A stretch of 64,000 nucleotides of DNA from Hormiphora californensis (taxonomy: Eukaryota; Animalia; Ctenophora), in contig CM035350.1 in NCBI GenBank assembly GCA_020137815.1, forward strand, positions 9,424,001 to 9,488,000, given 5' to 3'. The notes below the pieces were generated by a model. It saw nothing but the letters and a program-made list of their open reading frames with translations, was not told the DNA's origin and did not search any database. Positions 56,859 through 64,000 of this stretch are shown piece after piece; position 1 is the first letter of the stretch; each line of letters begins with the position of its first letter. The translations under genes and the position numbers were made by a program.

Positions 56859-57408
56859 GTTAACAGTTAATTTTGTAGCCCATGTGATAAGGATCTTCAG
56901 AAATGGCATGTCCTGCTCACCTCTTGTGGTAACATACACCTCTTGTGGTAACATACAGTTAATTTTGTAGCCCATGTGATAAGGATCTTCAGTAATGGCA
57001 TGTCCTGCTCACCTCTTGTGGTAACATACACCACTTGTGGTAACATACACCTCTTGTGGTAACATACACCTCTTGTGGTAACATACAGTTAATTTTGTAG
57101 CCCATGTGATAAGGATCTTCAGAAATGGCATGTCCTGCTCACCTCTTGTGGTAACATACAGCTAATTTTGTAGCCCATGTGATAAGGATCTTCAGAAATG
57201 GCATGTCCTGCTCACCTCTTGTGGTAACATACACCTCTTGTGGTAACATACAGTTAATTTTGTAGCCCATGTGATAAGGATCTTCAGAAATGGCATGTCC
57301 TGCTCACCTCTTGTGGTAACATACACCTCTTGTGGTAACATACAGTTAATTTTGTAGCCCATGTGATAAGGATCTTCAGAAATGGCATGTCCTGCTCACC
57401 TCTTCCAG
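56859..57408 (+). repeat. Compound minisatellite: 6 copies of a unit of about 73 bp plus 19-bp subunits, forming the intron before the first conserved MED12 exon
   Basis: CAGTTAATTTTGTAGCCCATGTGATAAGGATCTTCAGAAATGGCATGTCCTGCTCACCTCTT occurs 6 times. The last copy ends in the real acceptor CCAG. Confidence 0.92.
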
Positions 57409-60400
57409 GACAGAGACCTAAAGAGAGGACTGAGAGCTCCTGATGTCTACCCTCAGGACAAAGACCAAAAAGAGGATAAACTGAACGAGATAAGTCTGAA
57501 AAAGGTCGGTTTAAAGTTAATTGTGATCAGTCACCGGTTTTATAACATATTATTAATTATATACACCCCAATTACATCCAATGAAGAGTGAAGACTCTAA
57601 CCCTCATTCCTCAGGGTTACTCGAACACCCCAATAACATCCAATGAGTGTGGGTCAGCTAGGGACAAAATCAAAGCTAAGGGGTTGGCGGCCCTCCAGCA
57701 AAGTATCTTAGCGTCAACTAAGGAGCTGCTGAGGTTGAAACAATCACTAAACACAGTCACTGACAATAGCTCCCGTCGAATCCCCACCATCCAGAGAGAC
57801 CAGTTCTGGTCCGTCAACCAGAGGTAATGAGAAGTCCCTGTATAATCATACTACTTACTATTCAAATTATCAGTGCTACATCACCTAGCAACTACACCTG
57901 CACGTGCAATTATTAGAGCAACTTAGAATCCCTACCATCCAAAGAGACCAGTTCTGGTCCGTCAACCAGAGGTAATGTTGTATTGTTCATACTATTATGA
58001 GGGGAGGTGGGGGAGGTGCAACAGCACAGAGGTAATGAAGCGAGAAGTCCCTTTAATATTATGGAATGAAAATATTTTCGATTTACGTCCTTTTCTAAAG
58101 GACAAAGGATAGAAAAATACCGAAATCAGCATCTTTAAAATATTTGCATTCCGTTTGAGGTCACTGGTGACCCCAAGTACAGAAAAAATATGATAGAATG
58201 AAAATTATATTTCTGCTTTCAACTAGGCTTGTTGGGAGTGACTCCAGCGATTTTTAAACAATTCTGTCGACGGCGCCACTATCGGTCCAAAGGGTTAACA
58301 ACTTCTAATTTAGCTATTATTTACACGTTTTACAATCGTCAATAATCATCCATTACACACGCTACACATACCATTTCTCTTGTTTAGGTCTAATAGACAG
58401 ACGATAAAGAAGTTTTGTAATGACCTGGCATCTGTCAGTAGGCCCCTTTCTCATCTGGTGAAAGGTCGGATTCCCACTTTCCAGAAGAAAGAGGAGATCC
58501 TTGACAACATGGCTGAGCACCAGGTATAACATGGCTGAACACCAGGTATAACATGGCTGAACACCAGGTATAACATGGCTGAACACCAGGTATAACATGG
58601 CTGAACACCAGGTATAACATGGCTGAACACCAGGTATAACATGGCTGAACACCAGGTATAACATGGCTGAACACCAGGTATAACATGGCTGAACACCAGG
58701 TATAACATGGCTGAACACCAGGTATAACATGGCTGAACACCAGGTATAACATGGCTGAACACCAGGTATAACATGGCTGAACACCAGGTATAACATGGCT
58801 GAACACCAGGTATAACATGGCTGAACACCAGGTATAACATGGCTGAACACCAGGTATAACATGGCTGAACACCAGGTATAACATGGCTGAACACCAGGTA
58901 TAACATGGCTGAACACCAGGTATAACATGGCTGAACACCAGGTATAACATGGCTGAACACCAGGTATAACATGGCTGAACATCAGGTATAACATGGCTGA
59001 ACACCAGGTATAACATGGCTGAGCACCAGGTATAACATGGCTGAGCACCAGGTATAACATGGCTGAACACCAGGTATAACATGGCTGAACACCAGGTATA
59101 ACATGGCTGAACACCAGGTATAACATGGCTGAACACCAGGTATAACATGGCTGAACACCAGGTATAACATGGCTGAACACCAGGTATAACATGGCTGAAC
59201 ACCAGGTATAACATGGCTGAACACCAGGTATAACATGGCTGAACACCAGGTATAACATGGCTGAACACCAGATATAACATGGCTGAACACCAGGTATAAC
59301 ATGGCTGAACACCAGGTATAACATGGCTGAACACCAGATATAACATGGCTGAACACCAGGTATAACATGGCTGAACACCAGGTATAACATGGCTGAACAC
59401 CAGGTATAACATGGCTGAACACCAGGTATAACATGGCTGAACACCAGGTAAAGTGTTGTTCAAACAATTACAGGCAACGCGGTACACCATCACTTTAGGT
59501 ATGGTACCTAATACGGTACGATTACGCTCCTCTTTCTCAACAATATATCATCACATCAGGTACCAGTTTTAAGGGCTATCTGGTTTATGAAGATCACTGC
59601 TGTGCACATGAACACAATAAGTAAGAAGAGGAATCAGTGCAGTGCTACTGAGTGGACAAAGTGTGTAACTGAGTATCTCAAAGATTGCCTCTCCAAGTTC
59701 GCAGATCAACCCATGGGCGTAAGTCCACTGTTTATGACTGTTTATATTTCTTGCCCCGGGGAATCGGCGGGAGCCCGAAACTTATTCTGGGTTAACGGTT
59801 TCCCCTTCTTCATTCGTTACTGGTTACAATAAATACCTCTATCTCTGTTTAGACCCATCAGGACTACACCAAGACAGTGATGAATATGGGAAACAAGGCA
59901 CACGCAGAAACATACGCAGCCAAGAACAGGTGGAACTACTGTCTTCGACTTGCTCACGTTATGTATCAGGTGGGAGATAGTGTAACTAACTAAGATAGTT
60001 TAACCATCAATGATCACGTTGACTGGTGAGATCACAGTTTTATCGTCTAACCTGGTCTAACTTCACTTTATACCATTTTAATCTGTGTCCAATTTAGGAT
60101 GGTCTCTTGGACAGGCACGATTTTCTGTTGTTTCTAATAAAGTGGGTTCACGAACTGAAACTATCGGAAGCTGATGACACCCTCAAACATCTAGTTCAGG
60201 TACAACACTACCTTACTATTTGTTATGTTTTAACCCTCCTTTACACGGAGCGCACGGAAAGAGAGTCGAGCTAGGCAACCTTTCTATACATAACAGTGTT
60301 TTTACAGTGTTTTTACACATTGTCAATAAATTCCATTCATCCCAAATTTATTTCCATTTGATTTCCCTTTATTATTTCAGGTTATATTGACATATTATTT

Positions 60401-60535
60401 CAGGTTATATTGACATATTTTGATGACGTAACAGAGAACTTTGTACTGGCCCGGTGTACCGCTTACATGTGTGTCACAAAGTTGGGAAGTCTCACCGAGA
60501 TCAATAACATTAGGAGTCCTTTTGAGTGGGGTAAG

Positions 60536-60586
<51 letters not shown>

Positions 60587-63500
60587 TGCTACGTTTCCTT
60601 CCATTTACTCCTTGTTGTTTCCTACCATCCCCCCATTTTCAGACAGTGCAGTGAAGGATTGTCGTGTTCCAGAGCGATCTAACTGTCACTATCATGATAC
60701 CTTACTACTCATCTTCTCAACCCTTCTACAACGAATCACTCTGGAATGTCCCACTGCTCTCGTTTATCAACGCAGCTGGGTTAGTGTGACTCTCATTCCA
60801 TTCACGTGAAGGGAGTGACCCCTGTGGTTCAGAGTTTTATCAGGCATAGAACCAGAGGTTGCTTTCATTCGCAGTAGTGTTGTTTCAACTTGTATTGTGT
60901 ATCCTGTGCAAGTTCTGAGTTTTCCCATTACCAAATACCAATACATAACTTTGTCCTGAACCTCTCCCCGACCCTGCAGGTCTGCCCACTCCTTCCTCCC
61001 GGGGGTGCTATTGATTCTATCTCTAAGGAGAGCCCCCTCGACAAACTACCCTGCTACCCTGCCTCCCTACCCTTCCCTAAAGATCTCACTACGGAACAAA
61101 TCGAACAGGTAAATAGCGGTTTGAAATCTTATTAGATAATGTTAGTATCATGATGTTAGATTAACATGTCTCCCCGCCCCCAGATGAGATACGAGAATAT
61201 GTTAGTATCATGTTGTTAGACTAACATGTCTCCCCGCCCCCAGATGAGATACGAGATAAGCGAGAGTACTGAGGATGTGAGAGTGAGAAGTGTCATATCG
61301 GAGGAGAGGTGGTTGATGTGTGAGGACAACTCCCCTCCCTCTGCCCTGGCCATGTTAGCTGCACTCGATGAACACAACTTCTACATCTCACAGACAGGTT
61401 TGCAGGTTACACACATCCTGGTCACACAGGTTTAGGGGTTACACTTAGCACCTGAAATGTTAAAAATAATATTTTTGGGGCCATCCCGGACATCATTACT
61501 AATTTAATAAAGCGTAATAATCTCACTATCATACAGGAATCATCTCAACACACCACACATCAATCAACCTGTTACAGATCACAATAACAGGTTTAATTTG
61601 CTCGACCATTCCCACCGCGCCCTGGAGGGTTAAACATAACAGGGGTGGATCACATGAGTCCCTTCTCTCTCTCTCTCTCTCTCTCCTAAATTCTCCTCCA
61701 GATCGCACCCTTCTCTCCTATTTATAATCCTCTTCCCTCCAGATCGCATCCTTCTCTCCTATTTATACTCCTCTTCCCCCAGATCACAGTAGGGTAGGTA
61801 GTGTGGCGACTATCTACAAAAAGATATTCGGTCCAATCAACAAGCCACTCACCGAACAGCTCAGGGATGATGCCCCCATAGTATCTGGATTGTGTGAGTG
61901 GGCCGTCACCCATCGGAGGACCGGGTCACATAGGTGTCTGGTGGTTGCGGAGTTGTTGAAGAAGAGACAGGGGTCACTGTTAGAGACTCAGGATCAGCGA
62001 AAGAAAAAGGAATCTGACTCGATATTCCAGGAGATTCTCTTCAGATATTTGAATGAGAATGCCCCTACTTGGACAGGTTAGTACAGAGCTAGGCAGGGGT
62101 GTATTTTACACTTTACAGGCACCAGTTATTGTTTAGTTCTTTTCATTGACTATTGCAAACTGATCTCGGAGTATTGATAGTTCACCATAGATTAATACAA
62201 TTGTGTAATTCTGTTGTTATGTTCTAACCCTCCCTTTACATTTGTAAACACAGTCTAGCCAGGCAATAATTCTGCAACTAACCGAACTGTAACAGGGAAC
62301 GAAGAGGACAGGATCCAGTTCCACAACATGATGACGCTATTTGGAGAGTTAGTCCGATCAATGTTCAGTTACAACAAATACCTCAACAAGCTGATCTCCC
62401 TTGGCCACCTCTCCTCCCCCAAACTGGTTTACAGCCAGGAGACTATAACTACCCTGGGACCAGACCTCCAGACCCTCCCCAGACATCGGCAATACGTGCT
62501 GTGCCTGCCTGTCAATGATCTACAGAAGGTAGGGAACATGTTTACAACGAAGTGCCTACAATTAAAGAAAACAACGATGTGGCAGTACTTAAATTCAATT
62601 AGGAATCAAGAGCTTTCGGATGAACTATGTCAATCGTCTTCAGCTGTGACTACGGTTCTGGGTTCAAAAAAGATAAATCCTAGTTTATTCATCTAACTAA
62701 CTCCACCTCTCTTCCTGCTAGGATAAGAGTGCGAGAACACTGGTGTACGGGACAGGTCTGGGGAATATGGATAGCCACTTCATGTCAATTCAGAAAGAGT
62801 TGGCCAGTTTATACCAGAGTTTGGGGCCAGGGGCGGGTAACACAAACCCATATGCTACCCTCCAGCAATGTCGACCTGTAATTGAGGGTTTCAGGCAACT
62901 CCTACCAGTGCACAAATATACGGTATGCGACATAAAACAGAGGGTTAATTAATTTTTAAATGATCTTTGTCGGTGCTCGTATCGTGCACAATTGAAAGTG
63001 AAAAGACATCAAACCTGAGCTGCAATGTTTGCAGTTGCAAATTGTGTACCGCGCGCTGAACTCGTCACTATTAAAGTACCTGATTTCAGCACCACGCGCA
63101 CAACACTGCCCTTTTCTCGGCACCACGCGCACAACCCCCGCTCTCTTCTGATCACACAGGTCACAACCCCCTCTCTTTTGAGTCGCTTGACACTGTGTCC
63201 GTGCTCCGCATGAACAATTCAACCTCTCTTCAGATCACACAACGCCTCATGGAACCCATATTACCGGGTGCCCAAACCAAGCAGACCGGAATGGCTGTAC
63301 CGACTGTCCTACAGATGGAGCTGATGTACACCCTTATGGAGCTGTCAGGGGATGTCAGGTGAGAGAGAGACATCATAGCCGTTATAAATAAACATGAATC
63401 GCAATTCCACTTAAATCCACAATAAATATCCGCAAAATCGCATTTGTAAGACAATCGGCCGTTATTTGATTGAGATTTTGTGGTTCGGTAGAGAGCGAGT

Positions 63501-63671
63501 CTAACCTCTTCTTTCCTCATTCCAGGTCCATGATGACTCTTTCCATGTTCTGTCTCACTGGTAGTGGACCCAGTGTTCCCCTTAACATTTACCACTCCAT
63601 AATTGCCGTGTTGAAAAAGTATAAAACCTGCCTTCTCATCTCTGAGAAAGATACCGCTACCGTCTTTGAAG
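57409..63671 (+). CDS. MED12: Mediator complex subunit 12 (kinase module), 5' part; continues beyond the window
   Basis: LKRGLRAPDVYPQDKDQKEDKL|GYSNTP..NECGSA (human [23 protein letters not shown]...DEHGSA). VPVLRAIWFMK...EWTKCVTEYL. DGLLDRHDFL. LQRITLECPTALV. SPLDKLPCYPASLP. LCEWAVTHRRTGSHRCLVVAELLKKRQ. LFGELVR.MFSYNKYLNKLISLG. The start exon is probably near 56848-56858 (uncertain). Confidence 0.96.
58505..59450 (+). repeat. 22-bp minisatellite, about 43 copies, made of a MED12 exon 3' end plus donor site
   Basis: Unit AACATGGCTGAACACCAG|GTAT. The first copy is the coding exon end (N-M-A-E-H-Q), and the last ends CAG|GTAAAG. Confidence 0.97.
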
Positions 63672-64000
63672 GTCAGTCTCATGTTTGTTCGTACCTGTTC
63701 GTGGTTTGAGATATTCAGAATAAGTCAAGTTTTCAGTTGTCATTCAGATTGCAACATATATCTCCAATTCAACATTCTTTTTTGGAACTGTCAAAGGAAG
63801 GAAAAAGAGAGGCATTGGAAATGTGTTTATGTGGTTTTTAATGCGTTTGACGTAGGAAATCACAGAGTATCTTTTAAAATGAATATTAATACCCAAAGAT
63901 AAGAGAATCTAGAATTAAGAATCATCTTAGTTAATTACAAGAAAGCCCCCCAAAAGTAAGAAACCCAAAAAGAGATTTCTGACGTGTAGCACGAATTAAA

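Noticed and set aside
58050-58298. piggyBac-like element ending AAAGGG|TTAA
   Set aside because: Only one plausible terminus; no matching left TIR or TSD found.
58505-59450. CRISPR-like array
   Set aside because: Head-to-tail repeats with no unique spacers, no cas genes, eukaryotic context. The same applies to 11780-12022 and 3585-4262.
58362-59493. Minus-strand 350-360 aa ORFs of (FSHVIPGVQPCYTWCSAMLYLV)n
   Set aside because: Artefact of a 22-bp unit lacking stops on that strand. The array is intronic in MED12.

Overview
Eukaryotic (animal) genomic DNA with GT-AG introns, abundant (AG)n/(GACA)n microsatellites and many non-autonomous DNA transposons. The repeat content and the LDLa-GPCR and ORF1-like families suggest a ctenophore (Pleurobrachia-like); this is inference from memory, not a database result. 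Genes assembled by reading splice phases by hand: an ANKRD60-like ubiquitin-fold/ankyrin gene (+, 748-5159); a secreted or surface glycoprotein with PAN-like and Ig-like cysteine motifs (+, 6869 to about 10606); a TACC-domain gene (-, 12775-23585); a small possibly N-acylated orphan (-, 24603-28724); a NEPRO/RMP64-like gene (-); three tandem LINE-ORF1-like ORFs with no ORF2 (-); focal adhesion kinase (+, 36012-49662); a multiply frameshifted LDLa-repeat GPCR (-); and MED12 (+, about 57409 to beyond the window end). Most notable: (1) the 1747-aa ORF is a single 5.2-kb exon of about 200 in-register 8-aa repeats that splices in frame onto the TACC coiled-coil exons; (2) splice junctions are repeatedly tandem-amplified, including about 43 copies of a MED12 exon-end/donor and 9 copies of an ANKRD60 acceptor/exon-start; (3) an ORF1-only tandem cassette. 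About 38.7-40.7 kb looks like unpolished, homopolymer-inflated assembly.
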